A stretch of DNA of 64,000 nucleotides, taken from assembly GCA_001179505.1 (NCBI GenBank), contig CDMY01000193.1:1-64000 (forward strand). The letters are read 5' to 3'. The notes under the pieces are model-generated. The model was not told the DNA's origin, did no database searches, and saw only the letters and a program-made list of their open reading frames with translations. Shown piece by piece: positions 36,351-49,428 of the stretch (positions are counted from its first letter, which is position 1; every line of letters begins with the position of its first letter). Made by a program: the position numbers and the translations under genes. Source of the DNA: Vitrella brassicaformis CCMP3155 (lineage: Eukaryota; Protista; Chromerida).

Positions 36351-37018
36351 ATGAGCGGCTTTGCGCGGAGGCGGTCAGTCACCACACACACTGCCCAAAT
36401 CAGACAGACCGCCACGCACTCATGTGTGTGCATGTGTGTGTTAGACTACTGCTCAACCAGATCAACTTTTTCCGGACGCGCTTCCAGCCATCATTTGGGG
36501 GTCGCATGGCCGTGAGCGAGAAGGAGAGGGAGGCCGAGATGCAAACCAGACACACGCTGCTGCAGAAAAGTGAGTGTCCAGAGGGAGATGGGTGGCTGGT
36601 GGATGGCTGATGGAATGGATGGGTGGTGCGCTTGTCGTGTGGGTGTTGTGTTGTGTGTGACATGGTTGATGCAGGCAAGCAGCGTGGCTTCTTGGAGCTG
36701 GATCGTTTGTTGGGTTCGTTTGCGGATTCGTTCATCTGGACGTTGTCAGAGCATCAGCTGACGCAGTTCGAGTCGCTGCTGGCCATGGAGAACCCACAAC
36801 TCTTCTCATACATCTCGGGTGGGTGGCATGCCTGGGCCAACAAAGAGACAGACGGGAAAAGGGAGAGAGACAGACACTGTGTGTGTGTGTGTGTGTGTCA
36901 TGCGTCAACTATATCAGGTCAGCAGCCCGTGCCAGCCGAGCTGCGCTCGAACGAGGTGATGCAGCTGATGCTCTCATACGTCAACGCCAACCACCCCTCA
37001 GGCAGGAGATACGTATAA
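36351..37018 (+). CDS. SDHAF2: Succinate dehydrogenase assembly factor 2 (Sdh5/SdhE family), 4 exons
   Basis: Spliced LLQKSKQRGFLELDRLLGSFAD (RGxxExD family motif), LLAMENPQLFSYISG, VPAELRSNEV; Arg-rich presequence-like N-terminus. Start codon inferred. Confidence 0.85.
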
Positions 37019-38943
37019 TGGCCGGCCATGATGTGTGGATGACCGAGCGACATCCATCGGCCCCATCAGATGGGTGTGCAGCCGCTGCACACGTGCATAT
37101 TGCTACCCATCTACCTACCTACGGGAAGGGGAAGGGGTGAAGGGAGGGAGCGGGGGATGGACAGGCCGGGCGAGTCGGTGCCTGGCATGACATGGCGTGA
37201 CAGACATGGTGTGGCTGGCATGAGTGGGCGACTACGCGCGTATTCGGCCGACTGACCTGACCTTTATTTATCATTTTTCTGTGGATCTTGTCTTGTTGTA
37301 CTGACTCATCCATCCATCGTGTGTGTATTGTATTGTTTTGTGTGCCCCCTGACTGAGTATACCTGCCGTCTCACTCACTGGGCCTGCATGCTCGCTCTTT
37401 TTGCCGTAGCTATATCGCTAGCTGCCATGGGTGAGAATGGCTGGCTGACCGGCTCTCGTCTCTCCGTCCACCTGTCTGTCTGTCAGTCTGTCTCTGTGTG
37501 TGTGCGTGTGTGTGTGTGTGGACAGATTGGGGGAGGGACGGAGAGAGGGAGAAGGGCATTTTGCTGCATGGCATGGTGCGCGTGTCTATGTGGTGAGTAT
37601 GTGCGCATGCCGATGGCATCGATCGGACGACAGACAGACAGATGGGGCAATCAATGGATGGATGGACGGGCTCTCACAAAGTGACTTTGCCAGCCCTTTC
37701 TTTCTCCGTGGTGTGGCCGTGTGTGTGGTGGCTTTACATCCATCCATCCATCCATATCAGCATGCCCCCTTCCCTTCGTGTGTGTAGAATTAAAGAAACA
37801 GCGATCGGTCGCAATTCTGTCTTTCCATGCCATGCGTGTGTGCGCCCGTCGTCTGTCGATCGTATCCATCCATCCATCGTGTGCGCAGCGCACTGTGTGT
37901 GCGCTCCTGGGAGCAGCAGACAGAACAGACAGCAGCCTGGTGTGCATATGTCGTCCATCCATATCTCTGTCTGCGTGCATTTGCGTGTGTGAGACAGCTA
38001 CAGTGCATCCCTACTGTAGCCATATCGTAGTAAGTGTATGTGTGGGTGCCTTTTGCTGGCTGGCTGCATGGCCGTTTGAATTCGACCGTACGTGCTGCGG
38101 ACGGACCGGATGGCGACACCCGCACGCACACACGGAAGAGATGCAGGGAGCATCACCGATCGATCGGATCCATGTGTGCGTGTGCGTGCTCGCGCGTTCA
38201 TCCGCTGGTCGGTCACTCTGTCAGTCAGAGATAGAGGGGGGTGGATATGATGGGTGGATGGCATTGACATGAGAACGCTTTTGTCCGTTCCCCTGTCCCC
38301 TGGGCGTGGCTGATGTATGTATGTGTGTGTGTGTGTGTGTCTTCTGTGCTGTGTGTGCGCGTTATCCGTGAGTGCATCTGATCTGTACAGTCCCTGTCTG
38401 CTTCATGGAGGATGGACAATCGCGTTGATGGACGCATGCACACGTCAAGACACTCACTCGTCAGCGCTAACGATCCGACGATCATCAATTGACACGCTCT
38501 AATTGAGCCTCCAGGTTATGATGAACTGCCAGCTTCAGAAATGGGTGCGACTGATGGTGTGTTGGAGTCCATCGGAACCGCCCGTTGAAAGCAGAGAGAC
38601 GGCAGAACAAAGAGAGAGAAATCGATGTCCACAGACGTGTCCACGACTCAAACCACACCGACCACATCGACCAATCACCACAACAAACAACCTCGCTCAC
38701 GCCATTCCTTCTGTCTATCTCTCTCGCCGCCTTTCACCTCTTCCTGCGCGGCCCTGTGCTGACGTATGCACTCGGGGTGGGATTGTACTGAAGGAAAGGT
38801 CAGGAAGGGGAGCACATCACACACCAAAAGAGCACACATCACATACATCGACGGCCAACGCACTCACTGCTGATGTGCCTGACTCCCGTGTTAGATAGAA
38901 CCTGATGCGAGTAGTAGTATTTGCCCGTCTTCTTGCTGTAATC

Positions 38944-40473
38944 TCAACCGGTGCGACGATACCAGGCCATATACCTGAGTGGGCAGCAAAAGAAGCCAAG
39001 CCGGCCATCCTCTCTTCTCGCCTCACTGCCTGTCTGTCTGTCTGCCGCCGTGGCGTACGTGTCTCGTAGGTTACTCACCGTTCATACCACTCGGCGTACT
39101 GCTGGTCCCATGTCTTCATCTGAGTGGGCGGCGGGGGCGCCTCATAGCCGAACCCCTGCCACCCCTGCAGCGCCACAAACTGCCTCGGCGGCTCGGGCGG
39201 CTGGGCACTCACAACGGCATAGTGCTGCTGGACGGCTGGGGCGGCCGCCACAATCTGCGGCCGGGCCTGCTGCTGCACCACCTGGGCCCCGTGAGCAGCT
39301 GTCGACACGAGCACCGGCTGAACCTTCACCTTGGGGGCTGGCTGAGACACAACCTGCACGGCCTGCACCTTGGGAGCCGGCTGCACCACCTTGACGGGCG
39401 GCGGCCGCTTGACGTGGTGGACTTGTGTGGTGGTCGTCGTGTACACCTTGGGCTGCACCTGCACCGGAGCCGGCCTCGTCTCACCCACAACGACGTACTG
39501 AGTGGCGCCGGCTGCGGCCGGGGGGCGGGGGCTGCGTGGGTGGCGGCGCTTGACACCACAACGAATTCCTCCTTCTGCGGCACCGTCTGCTCGTGCTGGT
39601 CCTCCTGCACAATGAGGTACTTGGGCTTCTTGGGCGGGGCCGCCTTCTTGACAATGACCTGCGTCTGCTGCTGCGGCTGCGGGGCAGCGGCCTGCAGCAC
39701 CACCTGCGATGAGTCGACGTAGTAGTCGTGCCCATGAGAGGCGACGGTATGGATGGCGGGGGCTGGTGCTGCGGCTGGGGCCAGGGAGGGGTCCTCTACA
39801 AACACCACCGGCCGCCCACTGCCGGTTTGAGCACCGCCTGATTCAGGGAGGGGGAGCAGGGTCATGGATCGATGAGAGACACGAGACATGATGCCTTTTG
39901 TGCCTGCATGTCTTACCGTAGCTCTGGTGGGCGTATGTCTGCTGCTGATAGGTGGTCGAGTAGGCCGCGTGCATCTGGGCGGCGTGAAGGTCGGTCTCCG
40001 CACGGTCGTCCCGGTGCTTCTTCTTTTTCTTGCCGCCGGTCTTTCTCTTCTTTCGGTGCACGAGTATGATGCACGTGATGCAGACGATGACGAGCAGGAC
40101 CAGGGCGATGATGCCGCATATGACAAAGATGCCGATGAGCTGCCGCTCCTGCTCCTTCTTGCGCCGCTCGGCATTGTCGTCGTGCCACTTGTCCCACACA
40201 GACTGTCAGACCGGTACGGACAGAGAAAGAACGACATGCAGACGAACATTCCTCGGTGGCACTCGTGTGCTTCTGTGTGTGCCGGACCTTGTCGTCATCG
40301 TCGTCATCGTCCAGGGACCTCAGATATGGCTCGCTGCTCTCCCTGACGTCGACTGCATCTCGCTTCTTCTCGTGGTGTCCGAGTTCTGCTGCCAGGTCCA
40401 GCGGTGGGGGCGCTTGCCCACGCGCAGCAGCGAGAAGGGAAACGGCTGCAAGAGTCCAGAGAGAGGAGGCCAT
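38944..40473 (-). CDS. Type I membrane protein with long V/Q/P-rich cytoplasmic tail; apparent 1-nt frameshift near 39520
   Basis: Signal peptide MASSLWTLAAVSLLAAARG; TM LIGIFVICGIIALVLLVIVCITCIILV followed by HRKKRK; tail VQVQPKVYTTTTTQVHHVKRPPPVKVVQP; last exon gives WDQQYAEWYERYMAWYRRTG*. Confidence 0.65.
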
Positions 40474-40763
40474 GGTGGGGACAATTCGTGTTTTGGGGTT
40501 GGATGTGCCGTAAAACTGACAGAGAGAAGAAAGGGAAGGGAAGGGCAGCAAATGACAACAGCGGATGACGCATGAGCGATATTCAGCTCGTCTGCGCGCA
40601 TGGCGGAGCAGGAGGTGAGGAAGCGACGCTCACCCACCATTGGGCGCGATGGCGCTTGACAGTCGTGATCTCTGCCGTTGTGGTGGCGTGCAGCCAATCA
40701 ACTGGCTCCATTTCGTCTCCATCTCGACCGACCGCAGGACCCTGCATCTCTACGTGAGCGAAA

Positions 40764-43038
40764 ATGGCACGAATAGGCACGGGCGGCCAGCCTGTGAGGC
40801 ATCGACACTGTTCTGCTATCTCCTGGGTGCCTTTGTTGTCAGTTCAACTATGAGCAGAATCTGAAAAGCATCAGCGAACTCCGGAGTTCGTGTAAAGACT
40901 TCCGAGTGGTCAAATTGAGTGGGTGGAGTCGCCTCCTCCTTACGGAAAGATTCCCTGACACCTGTGTGTGTTTGGTGGTGGTGGTGTCAGATGCGACGAA
41001 TCTCGAGAGCTTCCGACAGTGGCTAGTCGAGGATCTGTACCAGTCAGGTCGGTCGGTGGGTGGGTGGGTACCGTCATCATCGGCCACGTTGACGGTTGGT
41101 GCGTTTTCTGTGTCGGTTGGGTGTGGTGTCACACACACAGGCGATGTTCTGCCGGAGGCGCAGGTGACGGCTCACTTGGACAAGAACGAATTCGGCGACG
41201 CCGGGGCCGCCGCAGCCATGGTTAGTCACCAACCAACTACTCTGTGTGTGTGTGTGTGTCACATGGTGTTGTGTTGTGGTGGGTGCAGGCTGCCTTGACG
41301 GCCCCTCCCTGCCACCTCTCTAATCTTGACCTCACCCACAACAACATCAGCAAAGATGGTACACACACACACCACACACACCCCCAAGGACGGACAAATG
41401 AACGAGTGTGGCTGCACTTTGGTGTACATGGCTGGCTGGGTGCGTGCAGGCGTAAGTGCGATAGCTGAGGCCCTGCAGAGCACGGCGGCGTGTCGGAGGG
41501 GACTCGTAACGCTCGACCTCTCGAACAACCAGATCGACAGTGAGTCTTGAAGGGATGGGGCGAGGCGAGGCGAGGCAATCGTCTGTGTGTGTTTGTGTGA
41601 CGGCTGCTTCCATGCCATCATGTGTGTGTCTGTGTGTCCAGCGGTTGGCGCCATGCAGCTGCTCCGATCTATCTTGAACAGCTGCGGCATGTGGGCACAC
41701 ACACCACACCACACCACACCCCACCAGATGCCCAGGTGCATCCCCCCCGTCCCGTCTCTCTCCCCTCTTGGCTGTGGTCTGTCTGTCAGGGTCGGGGATC
41801 CCTCGCATGCTTCGTGTGTGTCAGTGACATTCCACGGCAATCCGCTGATCAACATCGATGAGGTGCGGCAGTGGATCGCCGGGATGACGCACGCGGGCTT
41901 TGTCATCTACGACATGCCGGCGCTCATAGACGAGTTTGTGTCATTCACAGTCGAGGCACCAAAACTTAGAGCGAGAGGTGAGGGAGAGAGGCACATGGAC
42001 ATGGATGTATGGATGGATGGATGGATCTGCGCGTGTCTGCCACCCCCCAAATGGTCCGCTCCGTCCTTTCTGTGTTGTGGGTATCATCAATGAATGACTC
42101 GATTAGACCCAGTCATGACGGTGATGGCTGACGCCTACTGCCCAGTCAAGGCCGAGAAGGCACGGCTGGCGTCGCTGCCGCCAGACCGCAGAGAGGTGCC
42201 GCCAGACCGCAGAGAGGCGCAATCGCATGCCGGGGCCCCCGTACCCCAGCACGGACACAATGGTCACACACACACACACACACACACACAGAGAGAGAGA
42301 GCGCCCAACACTGAATTGACGAGTGTGTGTGTGTGTGTGTGTGTGGATGTGTGTGTGTTAAGGCGGAGGACGTTCAGGTAGCCGGGGGAGGCTGTCGAGT
42401 CCCAGTGCCAGTGGGGAGGTGACCACCTTCAGCCTCACCGACAGCAGCGGTGCCAAGGTCGCCTGCCCCTTCATTGACCTCAGCGAGGCCTCCCTCACCC
42501 TCGCCAAACTCACAGAGGAATACCACAAGCTGCAACTGGCGTAAGTAAGCGAAACCGCAGCGCGACTGACTTGCCTGATCGACCGCAAAACACATCTGGG
42601 TGTAACTTGTGTGTGGTTGTGTGTTTGCAGTTTGGCTCAGCAGCAGGATACCCTGGTCGAGAAGGAGAAGGAGCGCACCGCCCTGCTGCAGTGCATGTGC
42701 TGCCGGGCACAGTGAGTGCAGTATACTGGACAGAGGGAGGGAGGGAGCTATGAGCACACACACACACACATGGGTGTGGTGCATGGTTTTTGCTTTGGAA
42801 TGCATTGCATGCAGGAAGAGCGCTCTCATGCTGTACCCCTGCGGACACCCGTAAGCAAAGGCGCAGACAAACACACACGCACACACAGACGAGGGAGGGG
42901 GCCCGTGTGTGTGCTGTGTGTGCATATGGTTGGTGCAGTATATGCACCGCGTGTCTGGACAAGGCGAACAGTTCCGACCACAAGTGCCCCTTCTGCAGGA
43001 AGTCCATTCTCAAAGAGATCACATTCTACGTGGGCTGA
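40764..43038 (+). CDS. LRR (RNI-like) plus C-terminal RING finger protein, putative E3 ligase
   Basis: LRRs HLDKNEFGDAGA, LSNLDLTHNNISKDG, LVTLDLSNNQIDS; RING CMCC..LYPCGH..ICTACLD..KCPFCRKSI. Start codon inferred. Confidence 0.8.
42176..42217 (+). repeat. 21-bp coding tandem duplication (PPDRREV/PPDRREA)
   Basis: TGCCGCCAGACCGCAGAGAGG twice in tandem. Confidence 0.9.
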
Positions 43039-43710
43039 CTGCATCATATATGCACACCGAGTGAGTGGCCGAGTGGGTGGGGTGCAGTGGGTGCCGTGGC
43101 TGGCCCAGATGGATAGCAGATCTGATGATTGTACAGCCTTCATGGAGATGAGTGTGTGTGTGTGGATGCTTCACACACGCACAACGGACAGAACGGCGGG
43201 CGTACTTTTTTCTTTGACCAAGCTGATTGATTGAACCGCTTGTTGATGGTACTAGTCTGTCTGCGGCATTCATTCATTGTAACGTTGACCAAGCCCAACA
43301 CATGATGCAATCCTGTCCAAATCTGCACACACAGGGTCCCTGTTCCTCGACGCACTTGCGCTGACGAAAGGCGCGACGCGTGCCGTCAGTGGCTCGGTGA
43401 TGTTGACAAAGGCAGACGGGGGAGACAGAGACAGATAGGTGTTATGACATTGGGGTCGGTTTTCGGTCATGTCTCTCCGACGAGATGGGTCTCGGGTGTG
43501 ATGCTTTCCTGACGGCGATCATCACAGGTGTGATCTATCTGATCTGCACTCGGAGGAGCGTTCATCTTCGCTTGCGGAGGAAGGATGTTCTGACTGTTGA
43601 ATGGAGAAGAAAGAGGGCAGCCCCCACCACAAGATTGCGACATCTGGCCGAGTCAAGTTCAAGTTGAAGTTGAAGCCTTTCCTACTGCAGATTTGAGCTG
43701 AGTTTCAGCG

Positions 43711-45701
43711 ATGATGGCCCAGCGTGAGCATCGGAGGGCGGGTGAGCGGCGACAGAGGCAGGAGAGCGTCCTGCGGCAGGGAGAGTCACGGACCCGGCTG
43801 CGAGTGCCAATTGAGGAACAGGGCCGACAGGTGGCCCAGCTGCAACAGGGTGGCCGGCAGGGGAAGGCCGAGCTGCCTGCTCGTGGGCCGATACGGGAGG
43901 GGCAGACTGTGGGGCCAGGTTCGTGCCCGACGAGACGGTGGACGCCGCCCCGTTCCTCGACGGAACGATTGCAGGAGGGCTCTCCGTCTCTGTCAACCGA
44001 CGCGCGCAGTATCAGGGCACCTCCCAACGCAATGGCGCCTACCTGTTCTCCGAATACACTCAAGTAGGCCAAGTCATCAAACATCTACGAATGGGTGGAT
44101 GTCGCCATTCATCGCTCTCTTTGTGTGTATCGGTCGGTCATCAGGTGCGCGGCGGTGTGGGCCATGGGCGTCTGACAGGGCGAGACAACGACGTCAGAGG
44201 GGTCTATGGAGACGGTCACATCACGGGCCATTCATATCAGTACACGGCCAGCTACCGTTATGAGGTGAGTGTTCACTCCTCATATGCAGTCACCCATGCA
44301 CATCCATTGCTCTCTCTGCTCCCTCTCACCTTTCAGCCCACAGCCTACGACGCCTACGGTGGTGCCCCTCTCAGCACTCGGCTGCCACACCGATACGATG
44401 GACAGCTTCCCACGTACTCACAGCACCAGACCAACCACGCCCTCAGCTGGGACGAAGTGGGCGGCCAGCCGGGCGGCGAGCCGGAGAGCCACTACGCCTC
44501 TCGTCCCGCATACCGCGCTCCCAACAATATCAGCAAGACAGTGTCCCGAGGCATTCAGTGCAGCATCGTGACCACACAGACGCCACTCGGGCCCCGGAAC
44601 AAGACGCGTGGTGCCTCGCGACACCACCACCACCAGCAGCAGCAGCAGCAGCAGAGGCCCGTCGACTATGCAGGCCTGCAGGTGGAAGCGATGGCTAGTT
44701 CGGTGGGCCGCCATCCGCCACCACCGCAAAACCACGACACCTACAATCGCCAGGACAACGGATCAGGTGGCGGCTTGTTCGGCGGGATGTTCTCGGGCTT
44801 GGGATCGTTGCTTGGTGGGGATCGGGCCGCTGGAGGTGAGGAGGGGTCTGGTGGGATGAGACACACATGGCCCTTCTCTATCGCTCACCGGCACATCGTC
44901 GACACGCCTGCCTGCCTGTCTGTCTGTCTGTCTGTGTCAGCGGTACGAGAGGAGACACAAGAGCTCCCACTGAATCGCCGCACCAATCGCCGACAGAACG
45001 ACGATGACCGCTACACCTATGGTGCCCAGGTGAGCCTCACCGTCACACTCAGCCACACACTTCGGTCGTGTTCAGCAGGGTCACGCATATATAGTGTCTG
45101 TCTGTTCTTTCGTCAGGGTGGGTCGGACGAGTTCCGCTACTGGCAATTTCCCCGAGTCGACAGGCAGCAGGACATTGAGGCCTACGCGAGGGAGCTGGAC
45201 AATTGGAAGGGCTTCTGGGAAATGGAGCTCCAGGAGCGCTCGGAGATCCAGGAGCGGCTTCGCTTCCGACTCGAGGAGCGGGCGGCGGAGCGGGAGAAGA
45301 GAATGGAGCGCCTCCACCGACAACAGCAGCAGAGCATGGAGCGTGAGTGGCGTAGACTGGAGGCCGAGAAGGACGAAATGCGCCGCAAAGAACAGGAACT
45401 CGAGGAGAAACAGAAGCAGATCGACCAGCAGCTGCAGCAGCTGCAACACCAGATACAGCAGCTTCTCAACATAGACAACGAGACGGCAGACAACCAGCAG
45501 CAGAGGAGCACCTCTGACACCGTCCCCTCGACCTCAACTGAAGGAGGACAGGAGGCACCCAGAGTGGCTGAAGGAGACGCCACTGGCGAGCGGGAGCGGG
45601 CCCGCCAGATGCTGCAGGAGCTCGAGAGCAGCCTCCACTTCAAGAACCTCACTGTGCCATCCGCCCCGTGTGGTGGGCGCCCGCGCCCACACGAGGTGTA
45701 G
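43711..45701 (+). CDS. Unknown protein: Gly/Gln/Tyr-rich disordered region and C-terminal charged coiled coil; 5' end uncertain (frame change near 43912)
   Basis: 592-codon open frame running through four GT-AG introns; E/R/Q heptad-like segment ELQERSEIQERLRFRLEERAAEREKRMERL. Confidence 0.55.
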
Positions 45702-46447
45702 GCTCGCCCCTGTGCACGGCCGCTCGAGAAGAAGTGTGTGTTCATGAGCCAAACCACATGATTGGCCGGCTGGCCGTCTGAGTGCCCTGCCCGTTGTGTT
45801 TCTTTGGACGGTTGTAGACACATAGAGCGCTCGGACAATTACATAAGTCTATGCCTTCTGGGAAGCATTGCAAATGGCACTTTCATGCACTGCATGGCGC
45901 GTACCCCTCTCTCAGCACATACGCACGGCGTTGGATGTCTTGCCCTTCCCAATTTCGTCACTGCAACGACCACACATACAGACACACACAGGGACACTTA
46001 GTCAGAGAGGCACACACACGTAGAGAGAAAGCCGTCGTCTGCCTGCTTGGCTCACACACATTGAACCACCCGCCCACCCACCGACCCGCCCATGCCGCCG
46101 ATGACAGCAGGCGCAATCGAACCAGCAGGGACCCCGCCAGACGGCCGAAGAGGTCGAGGGTATTGCCAGGTGTGCACTGGATGGTGGCATGTTTGGTAGG
46201 CTGCGCACAGACTAACGATGAGACACGTATGTGTGTGTATGCTATGCCTTGAAGCCATTGATTGGCATTCGTCCATGTCTGTCGACACAGCACAAGTAAG
46301 TCCATCCACCATACATACGGTCGGTATGTATTGACAAGACAGCCAGAGAAACACATGGACACACAAACCGTCTGTCTGTCTTTCTGTCTGTCTGTCAGGA
46401 GCCCCACCCCCCACCGACCCACTGGCCACTGGTAGGTACTACATATA

Positions 46448-49428
46448 CTAGACTCGAGCCAGCAGGTGCTCAGCCGGGTGTTTCCTCCACCCCCCGAACA
46501 GCCCGTCTCCTCTCCCCGCCGCCTCAGCAGCCGTGTTCCTGGCCTTGCCGTAGACGCCCGGCATGAGGGGCTCCAGCGACCCCTCCGAGGGGTCCAGTGT
46601 GGACCGCAGCCCCATGGCCGCCTCGGGGTAGATGGGGTGCTGCAGCACCTCCCGCACCTCAGACGAGTAGGCTGACAGCGCCCCTTTCTGGAGGGCGCGG
46701 CGGTAGGCGGCCATGGCGCACGAGGCGCGAACGTGGGCGACCAGGTAGACCGAAAAGATGCCCGCATAGTTGTGCCTACAGAGGAGGGAGACGACAGGAG
46801 CGTCAGGGTGTCTGTCGGTCGGTCGGTCGGTCGGTCTGTCGGTGTGGGTGGCTGCTTACTTTGCGAATGAGGCGAAGTACTGCTGCAGTCGGCCAGTCAC
46901 GGGCATGTTGTGTGGCAGCTCAACGTTTGGGAGGGTCTTCTCAAGCACCGACCTGATCGACTCGACCAGCTCACGAGGCGTGCACCTGAACGAACGAATC
47001 AAGGCCGGACAGACGCATGCGCGTGGGCTTACTTACTGACGGCCACACGTACGTACATACTTGTTTGGTTCGAGGTCTGGTCCGTGCAGGTGGTCATCGA
47101 CGAGTGAGAGCTGGAGGAGCTGCAGCAGGTCCAGCGCATTGAACCCCGCCGACTTGGCCAACACTGAGGGCGCACACATCCTCGACAGCGCGCTGGGCTC
47201 CCGGAACAGGTACCTTCACATACACACACACACACACACATACACATGTAAGGAAGGACAAAAGAGAGGTCCAAGCAGCCCGTCGACACTCTCTCCCTCT
47301 GTGTGTGTGTGGCCGTCGTACTCACTCACTCATGGAAGACAGCCGAGGTCTCGGTGATGTCTATGGGGAGACAGGAAGGCAGCCGATAGTTCCAAAACCC
47401 ACCCGAGCCGCCGCCATCCACCTATATGGATGGATAACCATACACACACACCCAGGGAATGGAATGAGTGCGTCCAGGCGGGGCGGGGCGGGGCGGTGTT
47501 CCCTGTCTTGTCTGCCTACCCACCCCGCCCACCTTGAGCTGCTTGTCTGTCGCCTCGTGTGTGTGTGGTGTGAGCGGCTTTGCCTGCCGGATGGTGCGCC
47601 TGTTCCGGAGGTAGTGGATGAAGTGCATCGCATGGCCCAGCTCATGGCACACAGCCGTTATCTACACAAGCCAGGCGGCAGGCAGGCAGGCCGGCCACGT
47701 TTACTCCCGTCTTTGCGCATGCCTGTGTCACTGGTCTGTCTCTTCCTTCCCGGCTGACCGAGTGCAGAGGCACTGGAGCGGAGGGGTTGAGGGCCACGGG
47801 GCAGGACACGTGTATGTGGCCGTCAGCCAGCATCTCAGTCGACACATTGCCAAACCCTGATATCATTGCCGACCACTGACCGAACAGACCGATCGGGTTC
47901 TTCGGCAGGCAGGCCGTCATGTAGAGGAAGGCGATGACTTGAGCGCGGTGTGCGTTCCTCTGGTGGTCTTGTCGGTCATAGACCTTGATGAGCTGGTAGT
48001 GCGACGGCCAGCCGTAGTTGGAAAGGTCCGTGGGAACGGCCTCGAAGTGGAAGCCGTGGATGTCTGACAGCATCTCGAGGATCTCGGGCGCGAGCAGCCC
48101 TATCCTCAGCTCCTGCATAGGATCATGCCCCTTCTGCCAATGCACTGCCTGCACGCACACACACACGCACACGCGCACCCCCTCTCTCCGTCTGCCTCAT
48201 TGCTGGTCTGCTCATGTGTGTACATTGAGGGCGTGGTGCTGGAAATCCACATAGTCGACGTTCCCCTGGCCGCTGGCCGGCTGCTTCCCCGTTGTCCGGT
48301 CGGAGATCGCGGCCGACTTGCCGGCGTTCTTGACGAGGGCCTGGATGTGCGGCTGGAGGGCCGACAGCACATCGCCGTAAAGCTTCCGAAGGCTCTCGCG
48401 TGTTTCGACCGTCCTGCACAAAGGGCGCGGCCCACACACACAGAGAGACGCACGCACACACCGCATCAGCCTTCAGGTATTGAGATGCGGGGGATGCAGG
48501 CAAGCACCCGGGCTTGGCTTGTGTGGATGGGTATCGTATACCTCTTCTGTATCTGCATGTCGCCCCAGCACGTGAAGCCCAGCTGATTAGCGATCTCGTG
48601 CCGCACACGCAGCAGCTCCAGCATCGCGCTGGCGACCTTGTCATCGTCCCACCCTTCCGCGTACGCATCGAATGCCTTCTGTCGGCGTTGTCGATCGGCC
48701 ACCGTGGCCAGCACATGCTCTATCGTGCGCTGCCCCACAGGCACTCTCACCACATCCTTCTTGACGGCCAGCTGCTGGATCGAGTCCTTGAAGGACGACG
48801 GCAGCATGGCCCCCGCAGGCACATCGACATACTTCTGCCGCCCCATCATTGCTATGGCATACGTGAAGGTCCCCTCACCCCGCACCATCTTGTATGTCAG
48901 CAGCGTCGCGTTGTGGTCGCCCACTTTGTCGGCCAGGGCCACCTCCATCTCGATGCACGGTGCCGCAGCGACCCTCCTCTGGATGTCCGCTGCTGTGGCG
49001 CCTGTGGTCTCCTTGAGGGACGTCATCAGCTGCTTGTAGCAGCGCCGCATAAGGTCCATCCGCACGATCTCGCTGCGAAGCACGCCGAGTACCGCCAGCT
49101 TGGGCGCCTTCGGCAGAAGAGTGAAGAATGCCCGCGTGAAGCCCAGCGTCTCCAGGGAAGACAACAGCGCCTCGTTGACTGATGACTGGTCGCTCTCGGC
49201 GGGTGCCTTCTCGGTCTGCCGCCATGCCGTCTTGCGAACACTCCTAAGAGCCTTTAGAGCCACAAGCGATGGGAGTTCGTTGCGGTTGATGAGTTGATCT
49301 GGCAGCCGAAAGGCCCGCTGGTTGGCGATGAGGCCATCCAGATGAGTCCCTCGCTGGACGAAAGAGCGGAGCGTCGCTGCAGTCCTCACCACTGCACTAT
49401 GAACAAACGCGCGGAAAAACTCCAGCAT
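46448..49428 (-). CDS. Peptidase family M3 (oligopeptidase/MIP-like) metallopeptidase, probably mitochondrial
   Basis: LLRVRHEIANQLGFTCW (M3-typical), CHELGHAMH zinc motif, downstream DITETSAVFHE candidate third ligand; basic amphipathic N-terminus. Confidence 0.8.

Noticed and set aside
43485-43667. 60-aa ORF with a short hydrophobic stretch
   Set aside because: Too short and unsupported; could be UTR or intergenic.
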